Notes: a model not told the origin generated them from the letters alone. DNA of 64,000 bases from Alphaproteobacteria bacterium (GCA_965227515.1 CBDDFZ010000001.1:1760001-1824000), one strand, 5' to 3'; counted from the stretch's first letter, positions 21,058-31,553 are shown. Program-made: numbers and translations.

Positions 21058-22656
21058 ATGACCGAGCCAACCACACATGCCGGCGGGCCACCAGCGCCCG
21101 CCGGGGGTACTGTTGCAGCCGGCGAGCTTGCTATTGAGCTCGTCGGCATCGACAAGCGGTTCGGCCCGGTCCATGCCAACAAGGACATCCACCTGGCGGT
21201 GCCGCGCGGCACCATCCACGGCATCATTGGTGAGAACGGGGCCGGTAAGTCGACCCTGATGAGCATCCTCTACGGCTTCTATCAGGCCGACGGGGGCGAG
21301 ATCAGGATCGGCGGCCGGCCGGTGTCCATCGGCTCGTCGTCGGACGCCATCGATGCCGGCATCGGCATGGTGCACCAGCACTTCATGCTGGTGGAGCCGT
21401 TCACGGTGCTGGAAAACATCATGCTGGGCGCGGAGGGCGGCCCGGTGCTGCGCGGCGGCATTGCGGCGGCGCGGGCGGAACTGACGCGCCTTGAGCAGGA
21501 ATACAGCCTGGAAGTCTCGCCCGATGCCGTGGTCGGCGACCTGCCGGTTGGCGTGCAGCAACGGGTGGAGATCCTGAAGGCGCTCTACCGCGGCGCCGAC
21601 ATCCTGATCCTGGACGAGCCGACCGGCGTGTTGACGCCGCAGGAGGCCGACCACCTGTTCCGCATCCTCGCGACCCTGAAGGAGCAGGGCAAGACCGTCA
21701 TCCTGATCACCCACAAGCTGCGCGAGATCATGGCGGTGACCGACAACGTGTCGGTGATGCGCCGCGGCGAGATGGTGGCGCACCGGCGCACCGCCGACAC
21801 CGACCGCGAGGAACTGGCCGAACTGATGGTCGGCCGCAAGGTGCTGCTGCGGGTCGAGAAGGGGCCGGCGACGCCGGGCGATGTGGTGCTCGACGTCGAG
21901 GCGCTGCGGGTCATCGACAAGCAGGACGTCACCCGGCTGAAGGACGTCAGCCTCCAGGTCCGCGCCGGGGAGATCGTCGGCATCGCCGGCGTGTCGGGCA
22001 ACGGCCAGTCCGAGCTGCTGGCCGCGCTGTCCGGCGTGATCCCGTTTGCGGCCGGATCGTTCTCCATCAAGGGCGAGCAGGTCACGCCGGGCATGCACCT
22101 GGACGCGCGCGCCATGCGGGCGAAGGGCATGGCCCACGTGCCGGAAGACCGCCACCGCGAGGGGCTGATTACTGCGTTCGAGGCCAACGAATGCACGATC
22201 CTTGGCTATGACGATAACCCTTCCTACCGCTGGGGTCCGTTGCTGAACTGGCGCGCGATCGTTGGCGATTGCAGCCGGCAGATGGAGCAGTTCGACGTGC
22301 GGCCGCCGAATCCCAGACTGAAGGCGGCCAACTTCTCCGGCGGCAACCAGCAGAAGCTGGTGCTGGCGCGTGAGATATCGCGGGCGCCTGAGTTGCTGCT
22401 GGTCGGCCAGCCGACCCGGGGCGTCGATATCGGCGCCATCGAGTTCATCCACCGCCAGATCATCGCCATGCGCGACGCGGGGACGGCTGTGCTGCTGGTC
22501 TCGGTCGAGCTGGACGAGATCATGGGGCTCAGCGACCGCATCCTGGTGATGTTCGACGGGCGGATCGTCGGCGAGATCGCCGGCAGCGAGGCCGACGAGC
22601 GCACCATCGGGCTGATGATGGCCGGCATCAATCCCAGGGACGAGCAGGCGGCATGA
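21058..22656 (+). CDS. Nucleoside ABC transporter ATP-binding protein (two domains)
   Basis: GENGAGKST, LDEPT and FSGGNQQK. Confidence 0.94.
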   Translation: MTEPTTHAGGPPAPAGGTVAAGELAIELVGIDKRFGPVHANKDIHLAVPRGTIHGIIGENGAGKSTLMSILYGFYQADGGEIRIGGRPVSIGSSSDAIDAGIGMVHQHFMLVEPFTVLENIMLGAEGGPVLRGGIAAARAELTRLEQEYSLEVSPDAVVGDLPVGVQQRVEILKALYRGADILILDEPTGVLTPQEADHLFRILATLKEQGKTVILITHKLREIMAVTDNVSVMRRGEMVAHRRTADTDREELAELMVGRKVLLRVEKGPATPGDVVLDVEALRVIDKQDVTRLKDVSLQVRAGEIVGIAGVSGNGQSELLAALSGVIPFAAGSFSIKGEQVTPGMHLDARAMRAKGMAHVPEDRHREGLITAFEANECTILGYDDNPSYRWGPLLNWRAIVGDCSRQMEQFDVRPPNPRLKAANFSGGNQQKLVLAREISRAPELLLVGQPTRGVDIGAIEFIHRQIIAMRDAGTAVLLVSVELDEIMGLSDRILVMFDGRIVGEIAGSEADERTIGLMMAGINPRDEQAA

Positions 22657-23762
22657 GCGCGCGTAGCGTGCCGCGCTGGGTCGACGTCGGCCTTGTGCCG
22701 CTGCTCAGTGTGGTGATCGCCTTCGCCATTTCGGGCGTGCTGGTGCTGATCATCGGCGAGGACCCGCTGGCGGCCGTCGAGTACCTGGTGATCGGCGCGT
22801 TCGGCAATGGTTACAACATCGGCCTGACGCTGTTCTACACGACCAACTTCATCTTCGCCGGCCTGGCCGTGGCGGTTGCCTTCCACTGCGGCCTGTTCAA
22901 CATCGGCGGCGAGGGGCAGGCCTATATCGCCGGGCTCGGCGTGGCGCTGGCGTGCCTGTATTTCGAGGGGCTGCCGTTCATCCTGATCCTGCCGCTGGCG
23001 GTGATCGCCGCCGCGCTGTTCGGCGCCGCCTGGGCGTTCCTGCCGGCAGTGTTCCAGGCCAAGCGCGGCAGCCACATCGTCATCACGACCATCATGTTCA
23101 ACTTCATCGCCTGGTCGCTGATGAACTATCTGCTCGACAACGTGTTTCGCGAGCCGGGGACGATGAGCCCGGAATCGCGCGCGTTTGCCGACGAAGCGCG
23201 GATGCCGAAGTTCAGCGACCTGCCGGGCGCCATCGGCGACTTCTTCCAGTACTCGCCGCTGAACTTCTCCATCGTCTGGGCGCTGGTCTGCTGCGTGCTG
23301 GTCTATCTGTTCATCTGGCACACCCGCTGGGGCTACCGCGTGCGTGCGGTCGGCCACAATGAGAGCGCCGCGGTCTATGGCGGCATCTCGCGCGACCGGG
23401 TGATCATCGTCTCGATGCTGATCTCCGGCGGGCTCGCCGGCTTCATCGCGCTCAACGAGGTGATGGGCGGCAGCGGGCGGTTGATCAACGACTTCGTCAA
23501 TGGCGCCGGTTTCGTCGGTATCGCGGTCGCGCTGATGGGGCGCAACCACCCGGTCGGCGTCATCCTGGCGGCGCTGCTGTTCGGCGCGCTGTATCAGGGC
23601 GGCTCCGAATTGCAGTTCGAGATGCCTGATATCTCGCGCGAGATGGTCGTCGCGATCCAGGGCCTGGTGATCATGTTCGCCGGCGCCATGGACAACATGG
23701 TGCGCCAGCCGATCGTGGCGTTGTTCCAGCGCCGTGCCGTCGACGACGAGGACGCGCGCTAG
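22653..23762 (+). CDS. Nucleoside ABC transporter permease
   Basis: GLFNIGGEGQ; multi-TM. Confidence 0.92.
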   Translation: MSARSVPRWVDVGLVPLLSVVIAFAISGVLVLIIGEDPLAAVEYLVIGAFGNGYNIGLTLFYTTNFIFAGLAVAVAFHCGLFNIGGEGQAYIAGLGVALACLYFEGLPFILILPLAVIAAALFGAAWAFLPAVFQAKRGSHIVITTIMFNFIAWSLMNYLLDNVFREPGTMSPESRAFADEARMPKFSDLPGAIGDFFQYSPLNFSIVWALVCCVLVYLFIWHTRWGYRVRAVGHNESAAVYGGISRDRVIIVSMLISGGLAGFIALNEVMGGSGRLINDFVNGAGFVGIAVALMGRNHPVGVILAALLFGALYQGGSELQFEMPDISREMVVAIQGLVIMFAGAMDNMVRQPIVALFQRRAVDDEDAR

Positions 23763-23786
23763 GATGGCGAGGCAGGGAGCAGGCTG

Positions 23787-24755
23787 ATGGAAGTCGTGGA
23801 TACCATCGTCCAGTTGCTGGATGCCACCATCCGGGTGTCGACGCCGCTGGTGCTGGCCGCACTCGCCGGCCTGTTCGCCGAGCGCTCCGGCGTGGTCAAC
23901 ATCGCGCTGGAAGGCAAGATGCTGTTCGCGGCCTTCTTCGCCGGTGCGGTGGCGGCATGGACCGGGTCGCCGTGGCTGGCGCTGCTGGCGGCCATCGGCA
24001 TCTCGACCATGCTGGCCCTGGTTCATGCGGTGGCCAGCGTCACCTTCCGCGGCGACCAGGTGGTCTCGGGGCTTGCCATCAACTTCATCGCGGCGGGCTT
24101 GACCGTCACCATGGGCCATGCGTGGTTCAGCCAGGGTGGCAAGACGCCGGCGCTGACAGCGGACCAGAAGTTCTCGCCGGTGGAGTTGCCGCTGGCCGAG
24201 ACGCTGGCCGACGTGCCGGTGCTGGGGCAGATCTGGACCGAGCTGATCAGCGGCCACAACCTTCTGGTCTATGTGATGTTCGCGCTGGTGCCGCTGGTTG
24301 CCTGGGTGGTGTATCGCACCCGCTTCGGCCTGCGCCTGCGCGCGGTGGGTGAGTCGCCGGCCGCCGTCGACACCGCCGGCATCTCGGTCATCGGCATGCG
24401 CTATCTCGCGCTGATCGTCAGCGGCGTTCTGTGCGGTGTCGCCGGGGCCTATCTTTCCATCGCCGACGGTTCTTTCTTCGGCAAGGACATGACCGCCGGT
24501 CGCGGCTATCTGGCGCTGGCGGCGCTGATCTTCGCAAAATGGCGCCCGGTGCCGGTGCTGGGTGCGTGCCTGCTGTTCGGTTTCCTGCAGTCGTTGGAGA
24601 CCCGGTTCCAGGGTACCGAGATGCTCGGCATCGACCTGCCAGTGCAAGTCTTTCAGGCGCTGCCCTATGTTCTGACTGTGGTGCTGCTGGCCGGCTTCAT
24701 CGGCAAGGCGGTGGCGCCGAAGGCGATTGGCCGGCCCTACGTGAAAGAGCGATGA
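23787..24755 (+). CDS. Nucleoside ABC transporter permease
   Basis: ERSGVVNIALEG and GRGYLALAA. Confidence 0.92.
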   Translation: MEVVDTIVQLLDATIRVSTPLVLAALAGLFAERSGVVNIALEGKMLFAAFFAGAVAAWTGSPWLALLAAIGISTMLALVHAVASVTFRGDQVVSGLAINFIAAGLTVTMGHAWFSQGGKTPALTADQKFSPVELPLAETLADVPVLGQIWTELISGHNLLVYVMFALVPLVAWVVYRTRFGLRLRAVGESPAAVDTAGISVIGMRYLALIVSGVLCGVAGAYLSIADGSFFGKDMTAGRGYLALAALIFAKWRPVPVLGACLLFGFLQSLETRFQGTEMLGIDLPVQVFQALPYVLTVVLLAGFIGKAVAPKAIGRPYVKER

Positions 24756-25165
24756 ACGCACCGCCGTCGGATAAGTTCGCAATGATGTTCGAGCGCGCGA
24801 AAGCAGCGCAGCAGGCCGCCTATGCGCCGTACTCGCAGTTCCCGGTCGGCGCATGCTTCCTCAGCGTCGAGGGCAACTACTACGACGGCTGCAATGTCGA
24901 GAACTCGGCCTATCCGGTGGGCCATTGCGCCGAGGTCTCGGCCATCGGCGCGATGATCACGGCGGGCGACCGCGCGATTGCCGAGATTGTCATCGTCGGC
25001 GGCGGCGACCTGTGTACGCCGTGCGGGGCTTGCCGGCAGCGGGTCGCCGAGTTCGCCACTTGCGACGTTCTCGTCCACATCTGCGGGCCCGAGGGGCTGC
25101 GCCGCACGTTCTCGGTGGCGGAGTTGCTGCCCTCCGGTTTCGTGCTCGCGCCGGCGGGCTCCTGA
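24752..25165 (+). CDS. cdd: Cytidine deaminase
   Basis: AYAPYSQFPVGA, GCNVEN, CAE and PCGACRQ. Confidence 0.93.
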   Translation: MNAPPSDKFAMMFERAKAAQQAAYAPYSQFPVGACFLSVEGNYYDGCNVENSAYPVGHCAEVSAIGAMITAGDRAIAEIVIVGGGDLCTPCGACRQRVAEFATCDVLVHICGPEGLRRTFSVAELLPSGFVLAPAGS

Positions 25166-25950
25166 TGGCCAAGACCGTGCGTGTGTCGCCTGCCGAGCGC
25201 ATCGTGGCGCAGCGTGCGCTCGGCCTGCTTGACCTGACCAGCCTGGAACTGGACGACGGCGAGGCGGTCGCCGCCGACCTGTGCGCGCGGGCCTGCACGC
25301 CATTCGGTCCCGCAGCGGCGGTGTGCCTGTATCCGCACCTGGTCTCGGCGGCGCGCGGCAATTTGGCCGGGACCGGCGTGCGTGTGGCGACGGTGATCAA
25401 CTTCCCGGTCGGCGGCACCGACATCGCCAAGGCCGCCAGCGACACCGCGGCGGCGGTCGCCGACGGCGCCGACGAGGTGGATGTGGTCTGGCCGTTCCGT
25501 GCCTGGCTGGATGGCGACCGCAGGACGCCGCAGGCACTGGTCTACGCCTGCCGCAATGCGGCACCCACGCCGGTGCGCCTGAAGGTGATCCTGGAAACCG
25601 GCGAGCTGGCCGCGCCCGACATCGTGCGCGATGCGTCGATGGCCGCGATTTCGTCGGGTGCCGACTTCATCAAGACCAGCACCGGCAAGATCGCTGTCGG
25701 GGCCTCGCCGGAAGCGGTCGACGCCATGCTGGACGCCATCGTCGCCACGGGTGGCAAGACGGGGCTCAAGGTCTCCGGCGGTGTCCGCACGGTGGCGGAT
25801 GCGGCAGCCTACATGGCGCAGGCCGATGGTCGGCTGGGGCCGGGCTGGATCTCGCCGGAACGCTTTCGATTCGGGGCCAGCGGACTGCTCAAGGCGCTGC
25901 TGGCGACACTCGAGGGCAAGAGCAGCGGCGCGCCCGGCAGCGGGTATTGA
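25165..25950 (+). CDS. deoC: Deoxyribose-phosphate aldolase
   Basis: LDLTSL, LKVILETG, DFIKTSTGK and RFGASGLL. Confidence 0.93.
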   Translation: MAKTVRVSPAERIVAQRALGLLDLTSLELDDGEAVAADLCARACTPFGPAAAVCLYPHLVSAARGNLAGTGVRVATVINFPVGGTDIAKAASDTAAAVADGADEVDVVWPFRAWLDGDRRTPQALVYACRNAAPTPVRLKVILETGELAAPDIVRDASMAAISSGADFIKTSTGKIAVGASPEAVDAMLDAIVATGGKTGLKVSGGVRTVADAAAYMAQADGRLGPGWISPERFRFGASGLLKALLATLEGKSSGAPGSGY

Positions 25951-25983
25951 GTGCACTTTGTTTCAAGAGTCACTCGCATTCGT

Positions 25984-26109
25984 CGTCATTGCGAGGAGCG
26001 TCGCCCGTGCGTTGCGACGGCGGCGCGACGCGGCAATCCAGAGCATCACTTCCGCGTTCTCGGCAATCGCCTGGATTGCCACGCCGGCTTGCGCCGGCTC
26101 GCAATGACG
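25984..26109. repeat. CGTC-type REP doublet (CGTCATTGCGAG family)
   Basis: CGTCATTGCGAGGAGC...GCAATCCAG...CTGGATTGC...CTCGCAATGACG; a sister copy lies at 45301-45412. Confidence 0.85.
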
Positions 26110-26155
26110 GTTTTGGTGCTGAGTATTCACCCAGTTAGATTGAGGCAGGCATCTG

Positions 26156-27496
26156 ATGACCATCCTTCCCCAGGTGCTGATCGGCAAGAAGCGCGACGGC
26201 GACCCGCTGGACGCCGACGAGATCGCGGCCGTGGTTGCCGGCATCACCGACGGGTCATGGTCCGAGGGGCAGATTGCCGCCTTCGCCATGGCGACGCTGA
26301 TCCGGGGCATGACCGCGGACGAGCAGGTGGCGCTGACGCTCTCCATGACCCGCTCCGGCCGGGTGCTGGATTGGAAGGGCATCGCGGATGGCCGCGCCCC
26401 CAATGGTCGAGCGGTGGTCGACAAGCATTCCACCGGCGGCATCGGCGACAAGGTCAGCCTGATCCTGGCGCCATGCCTAGCCGCCTGCGGCGTGTGCGTG
26501 CCGATGATCTCCGGTCGCGGGCTCGGCCATACCGGCGGCACGCTCGACAAGCTGGAGGCGATCCCCGGTTATCGCGTGTCGGTGCCGCTCGACGAGATGC
26601 AGCGCGTGGTGTCGGACGCCGGCTGCGCCATCGTCGGGGCCACCTCCGACATCGCGCCCGCCGACGCGCGCCTCTATGCGGTGCGCGACCTGACCGGCAC
26701 CGTCGAATCCCAGGACCTGATCGTCGCCTCGATCCTGTCGAAGAAACTCGCCGAGGGGCTGGACGCCCTGGTGATGGACGTGAAGGTCGGCAACGGTGCT
26801 TTTCTGCCGACCATGGAAGCGGCGCTGGAACTCGCCAAGTCCATCGTCCGCGTGGCGCGTGGCGCCGGGGTCAAGACCGCCGCTCTGATCACCGATATGA
26901 ACCAGATGCTGGGGCTTGCCGCCGGCAACGCGCTGGAGGTGGCGGAGGCGGCCGATGTGCTGACCGCGCGCCAGGGCGACCGGCGGCTGGTCGAGCTGGT
27001 CATCGCCCAGGGTGCAGCACTGCTGCAACTGGTCGACCCTGATACAGATCCGGACGGCGCGCGAAAGCGGATGGTCGACGCGCTGACCTCCGGCGCTGCG
27101 GCGGAGCGGTTCGGCCGCATGGTGGCCGCACTCGGCGGCCCGTCCGACTTCATCGAGCGTGCCGGCGAGCACCTGCCGCACGCGCCCCACACGGTCGAGG
27201 TGGCGGCGCCGCGCGACGGCCATATTGCGGGCTTCGACCTGAAAGCGATCGGCTGGGCGCTGGTCGACCTCGGTGCCGGGCGGCGCGCGCCGGGCCAGAA
27301 GATCGATCCGGTCGTCGGGCTGACCACGGCGGGTCCGGTGATCGGCGACGAGGTCCACGCGGGCGACCCGGTGTTCCGCCTGCACGGCGGCGACAAGGAT
27401 GCGCTGCAGGCCGCGGCCCCGGCGATCTCGGCGATGATCGAGGTCGGCGAGGAACCCACGGCGCCACCGCCGCTGATCCACACGATGCTGGGGTAG
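26156..27496 (+). CDS. deoA: Thymidine phosphorylase
   Basis: VDKHSTGGIGDK, SGRGLGHTGGTLDKLE and SILSKKLA. Confidence 0.94.
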   Translation: MTILPQVLIGKKRDGDPLDADEIAAVVAGITDGSWSEGQIAAFAMATLIRGMTADEQVALTLSMTRSGRVLDWKGIADGRAPNGRAVVDKHSTGGIGDKVSLILAPCLAACGVCVPMISGRGLGHTGGTLDKLEAIPGYRVSVPLDEMQRVVSDAGCAIVGATSDIAPADARLYAVRDLTGTVESQDLIVASILSKKLAEGLDALVMDVKVGNGAFLPTMEAALELAKSIVRVARGAGVKTAALITDMNQMLGLAAGNALEVAEAADVLTARQGDRRLVELVIAQGAALLQLVDPDTDPDGARKRMVDALTSGAAAERFGRMVAALGGPSDFIERAGEHLPHAPHTVEVAAPRDGHIAGFDLKAIGWALVDLGAGRRAPGQKIDPVVGLTTAGPVIGDEVHAGDPVFRLHGGDKDALQAAAPAISAMIEVGEEPTAPPPLIHTMLG

Positions 27497-27512
27497 GTTC
27501 GGCGCCTGGTCA

Positions 27513-27528
27513 CGGAACGCCGATTGCA
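27513..27528 (+). promoter_or_regulatory. sigma54 (-24/-12) promoter
   Basis: CGGAACGCCGATTGCA = GG-N10-GC with TTGCA. Confidence 0.6.
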
Positions 27529-27659
27529 TGCCGGCTTGCCACGCGGCGCGGAATCGGGCTACCTCCGTGCAACGAAATTGCCATCAACGAACGGGCTGCC
27601 ACCCACGCCATTCCGGCACCACGGTCCGGCCCGAATGCATCATCAACGAGGGGAAATTC

Positions 27660-28688
27660 ATGAGCCAGGGAACCCAGGGGACAAGGATCGCGGTGATTGC
27701 CGCGCTTGCCACCGGCGCTTTCGCCGCCGAGGCCGCCGCCCAGACCGACATCAACTTCACCCTGGACTGGAAGTTCCAGGGGCCGACCGCCGCCTTTCTG
27801 GTCGCCGCCGACAAGGGCTATTTCGAGGAAGAGGGCCTGGATGTTTCCATCGATGCCGGCAACGGGTCGGCCGGCGCGGTCACCCGGGTCGCCAGCGGTG
27901 CCTACCAAATGGGCATGGCCGACATCAACGCGGTGGTGAACTTCCTGGTCGAGAACCCGGACCAGGATATCAAGGGCGTCTACATGATCTATGACGCGCC
28001 GCCGTTCAGCGTGTTCACCCTGGCCGACAGCGGCATCGAGACCCCGGCCGACATGGAGGGCCGCTCGCTGGGCGCGCCGGTGTTCGATGCCTCCTACCAG
28101 TTGTTCCCGGCGTTCGCGGCGGAGACCGGCATCGACGACAGTAAGGTCGAGCGCATCAACATGGACGTGCCGCTGCGCGAGACCATGCTGGTCACCGGCG
28201 ACGTCGACATGATCTCCGGCCACTTCTTCTCGTCGATGCTGGACCTGCAGGCGAAGGGTGTGGCGGAAGAGGACATTCGCTACTTCCTCTATGCCGACAA
28301 CGGCATGGACTTCTATGGCAACGCGGTCATCGCGTCCGGCGCGTTCATTGCCGAGAACCCGGAAGCGGTCGCCGGCTTCAACCGCGCGCTGGCCAAGGGC
28401 TGGATGGACGTGATCGCCGATCCGGAGGGTGCGATGGAATCGGTGCTGGCCCGTGATCCGCTGGTCGATGCGGACCTGGAGCTGCGGCGGCTTGGCCTGG
28501 CGCTCGACACCAACGTGATGACCGACTACGTGATGCAGAATGGCATGGGCGACATCGTGGCGGAGCGCATGGCCAACGCCATCGAGCAGCTCTCGGTCGC
28601 CTATGGGTTCGACGAGGCGCCGACGGTGGAGGACGTGTGGACGTCCGAATTCCTGCCCGACATCGAAATGCGCATGCTGGTTCAGTAG
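27660..28688 (+). CDS. NMT1/THI5-like ABC substrate-binding protein (pyrimidine/nitrogen compound)
   Basis: FTLDWKFQG, KGYFEEEGLDV and DFYGN. Confidence 0.85.
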   Translation: MSQGTQGTRIAVIAALATGAFAAEAAAQTDINFTLDWKFQGPTAAFLVAADKGYFEEEGLDVSIDAGNGSAGAVTRVASGAYQMGMADINAVVNFLVENPDQDIKGVYMIYDAPPFSVFTLADSGIETPADMEGRSLGAPVFDASYQLFPAFAAETGIDDSKVERINMDVPLRETMLVTGDVDMISGHFFSSMLDLQAKGVAEEDIRYFLYADNGMDFYGNAVIASGAFIAENPEAVAGFNRALAKGWMDVIADPEGAMESVLARDPLVDADLELRRLGLALDTNVMTDYVMQNGMGDIVAERMANAIEQLSVAYGFDEAPTVEDVWTSEFLPDIEMRMLVQ

Positions 28689-28704
28689 TCGCCTGATTTC
28701 ATGT

Positions 28705-28803
28705 CGTCATGCCCGCACGTGTTGCGGGCATCCACGTCTTTCATCAAGCGATGCCAAGGCGTGGATACCCGGGACCCGGCCTGCGGCCGGCCCGGGCATG
28801 ACG
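28705..28803. repeat. CGTC-type REP doublet
   Basis: CGTCATGCCCGCACGTGTTGCGGGCATCCAC...GTGGATACCCGG...CCGGGCATGACG; very similar to 49594-49706. Confidence 0.85.
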
Positions 28804-28814
28804 CCTGAGAACCC

Positions 28815-29597
28815 ATGCCTTTCGTCGACATCAACGATGCCGCGCTTGCCTACGATGCGGGTGACGGCACCCTGGCGCTGGATGGCTGCACCCTGTCCAT
28901 CGAGCGCGGCGCGTTCGAGGCGCTGGTTGGCCCCAGCGGCTGCGGAAAGTCGTCGCTGCTGAAGATCGTCTCCGGCCTGCATCCGATGACGCGGGGCACC
29001 GCGCTGCTGGACGGCGCGCCGATCCGTGGGCCGCAGAAGTGCGTCGGCATGGCGTTCCAGAACGCCACCCTGCTGCCGTGGCGCTCCACGCTGGAGAATG
29101 TGCTGCTGCCGCTGGAGGTCAGCCAGGGCACGCGGCGGACCTATCGCGCACGGCGTCGCGAGCATGTCGAGTCCGCCATGACGCTGCTGGAGACCGTGGG
29201 CCTGGCGGAGTTCGCGCATCACGCGCCCTATCAGCTCTCCGGCGGCATGCAGCAGCGCGCGTCGCTGTGCCGGGCGCTGATCCACGAGCCGGACCTGCTG
29301 CTGCTGGACGAGCCGTTCGCGGCGCTGGACGCCTTCACCCGCGAGGAGCTGTGGGGCGTGTTGCAGGAGCTGCATGCCCGCAAGCGTTTCACCGTCATCC
29401 TGGTCACCCACGACCTGCGCGAGGCGGTCTATCTGGCCGACGTCGTCCATGTCGTGAGCAAGCGGCCCGGGCGCATCGTCGGCGCCTGGAACATCGACCT
29501 GCCGCGGCCGCGCACGCTGGAGGCGACCTTCAAGCCCGACTTCGTCGACATCGTGCACGAACTCCGCAACCAGATCAGCGAGGTGCGTTCCGCATGA
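28815..29597 (+). CDS. ABC transporter ATP-binding protein (TauB/SsuB-like)
   Basis: GPSGCGKS, LSGGMQQR and LLDEPF. Confidence 0.93.
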   Translation: MPFVDINDAALAYDAGDGTLALDGCTLSIERGAFEALVGPSGCGKSSLLKIVSGLHPMTRGTALLDGAPIRGPQKCVGMAFQNATLLPWRSTLENVLLPLEVSQGTRRTYRARRREHVESAMTLLETVGLAEFAHHAPYQLSGGMQQRASLCRALIHEPDLLLLDEPFAALDAFTREELWGVLQELHARKRFTVILVTHDLREAVYLADVVHVVSKRPGRIVGAWNIDLPRPRTLEATFKPDFVDIVHELRNQISEVRSA

Positions 29598-30355
29598 CCG
29601 ACCGGCAACTGAGACAGATTGCGCCATGGGTGGCGGTCATCGTGCTGTTCGCGGTCTGGGAAATCGTGTGCCGCATGGAAGACGTGCCGGAGTTCATCCT
29701 GCCGACGCCCAGTGCGGCACTGATTGAGCTGTGGAACTTCCGCGATGCGATCTGGTTCAACGCCTGGTTCACGCTGTGGGTCACCGCCGTCGGCTTCGCC
29801 ATCGCGGTGTTGTTCGGCCTGTTGTTGGGCGTGCTGACCGGCGCATCGGCGTTGACCTATGCGGCGGTCTACCCGCTGCTGATCGGTTTCAACTCGATCC
29901 CCAAGGTCGCGATCGTGCCGGTGCTGGTGGTCTGGTTCGGCATCGGCGAGATCCCGGCGATCCTGACCGCGTTCCTGATCTCGTTCTTCCCGATCGCGGT
30001 CAACGTGGCGACCGGGCTGGCGACGCTGGAGCCGGAATTGAAGGACGTGCTGCGCTCCCTCGGCGCGCGCAAGATCGACATCCTGCTGAAGGTCGGCCTG
30101 CCGCGCGCGATGCCCTATTTCTTCGCGTCGCTGAAGATTGCGGTGACCCTGGCCTTCGTCGGCACGGTGATCTCGGAGACGATCGCCGGCAACCGCGGCA
30201 TCGGCTACCTGATGCTGTCGGCATCCAGCCAGTTCAAGGTGCCGCTGGTGTTCGCCGGCCTGATCGTCGTCGCCATCATGGGCGTCGTGATGTACGCCGT
30301 TTTCGCCGTGGCCGAGCGCAACATGACCAAGTGGGCCTATCGCGACGGCGGTTAG
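29594..30355 (+). CDS. ABC transporter permease (TauC/SsuC-like)
   Basis: IPKVAIVP and SETIAGNRGIGY. Confidence 0.92.
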   Translation: MTDRQLRQIAPWVAVIVLFAVWEIVCRMEDVPEFILPTPSAALIELWNFRDAIWFNAWFTLWVTAVGFAIAVLFGLLLGVLTGASALTYAAVYPLLIGFNSIPKVAIVPVLVVWFGIGEIPAILTAFLISFFPIAVNVATGLATLEPELKDVLRSLGARKIDILLKVGLPRAMPYFFASLKIAVTLAFVGTVISETIAGNRGIGYLMLSASSQFKVPLVFAGLIVVAIMGVVMYAVFAVAERNMTKWAYRDGG

Positions 30356-30388
30356 ATCTCGTCAGCCAACGATCGCGGGGTGCATTCC

Positions 30389-30775
30389 ATGATCCGCATC
30401 GAAAGAGTTGAGTCGCCGCCGCGCCGCGCGACCAAGGCCCTGTTTCAGCCGGGCCGGGTGACCGTGGGTATTGGCGACCGCATGGCGCGCAAGCGTTACG
30501 ACCGCGACGAACTTCTGGTCTCCATCGAGAACTCGATCCGGCAGCATCGGGCTGGCGCAACAGGTGCCCCTGTCGGCCGGTGGGTGGGGCGGATGTTCGG
30601 CGGGCAGCGACGGACAGCCGGTGCCGAGACGATCCAACTGGACGGCCAGCGCCTCGGTCAGTTGTTGGAACTGGCGGGCGAGCGCGCATCGCAGCAGGTC
30701 TCCGTCACCGCGCAGTACAGCGTGGGCCTGCAAGATGTGGAGCGCTGCCTGCGCATCGCGTGCCACGTGCCATAG
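30389..30775 (+). CDS. Hypothetical protein (doubtful; start may be 30482)
   Basis: Open frame with host-like codon usage; no motif recognised. Confidence 0.3.
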   Translation: MIRIERVESPPRRATKALFQPGRVTVGIGDRMARKRYDRDELLVSIENSIRQHRAGATGAPVGRWVGRMFGGQRRTAGAETIQLDGQRLGQLLELAGERASQQVSVTAQYSVGLQDVERCLRIACHVP

Positions 30776-31056
30776 CCTGCGCACCGCACAATCGCGAAGA
30801 ACGAGCCCTGTTTCGGCCTCAACGGCGACGTCCGGTCGGCGCCTGCCAAGACCACGTGGCGTGCGATGACACGCTTTACCGCACGGTCTCTTCGGGATAA
30901 CGTGGTCGAACACTTGATGCATATTTGACTGCAAATTTTCGCCGCAATCTTCGCACAATGTTTCAAGGCGGTCGGAAGTCTTCAGGAACCGAATCTTGCG
31001 GCGGCGGTTTCTATTGAAGGCCGCTGAGTTGTCATATCTGAAGGAGATCTAGAGTT

Positions 31057-31485
31057 ATGACCGTGAAAAATTGGGGCGCAGCCGTTGTGTTCGCAGCAGT
31101 TGCGTTTGGGGGCGTTTCTGCCGCATCCGCCGAGGAACCGCCAGTCTCATCCATGACCCCGATGGCAATCAGCCGCGTGATTGCATTCGGGCAGGAGCAT
31201 CAGGACCCGTTGGCCCTGTTGACCGCGGTGCGCATGCTGAACGACCTGGGGGCGCATGTCGCCATGCCTGGGGCGCAGTCGGAGCCGACCGGCGAGCAGG
31301 CGCAGCAGATGTTCGACCAGGTCGCGCTGCTCGAAGAGGCGGAGGGTTATGCCGCCGGCGACGCGGAACTGGTCGCGATGATCGATGCCGAAATGGACAA
31401 CATCGAGAGCAGCCGCTGGGTCTGCTATTGGGAAGTCTATTGCGACGCCTATGGCTGGTGCGAGTACGTAGAGGTCTGCTACTAG
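31057..31485 (+). CDS. Secreted protein with a C-terminal Cys/aromatic-rich 22-aa tail
   Basis: AAGGAG RBS, Sec signal (…ASA|EE), helical acidic body, ends SR-WVCYWEVYCDAYGWCEYVEVCY. Confidence 0.8.
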   Translation: MTVKNWGAAVVFAAVAFGGVSAASAEEPPVSSMTPMAISRVIAFGQEHQDPLALLTAVRMLNDLGAHVAMPGAQSEPTGEQAQQMFDQVALLEEAEGYAAGDAELVAMIDAEMDNIESSRWVCYWEVYCDAYGWCEYVEVCY

Positions 31486-31498
31486 CCACGATGATTGC

Positions 31499-31527
31499 GG
31501 AAAGGCCGGGCACCGCTCGGCCTTTCC
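31499..31527 (+). terminator. Intergenic hairpin between the secreted protein and the caspase gene
   Basis: GGAAAGGCCGGGC-ACC-GCTCGGCCTTTCC. Confidence 0.55.
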
Positions 31528-31553
31528 CTCCAATACTTGCGGCAAGGATTTGG

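Noticed and set aside
30985-31010. EcfG-type promoter GGAAC-N16/17-CGTT upstream of the secreted protein
   Set aside because: The -10 reads GGTT/GTTT rather than CGTT; too weak to call.
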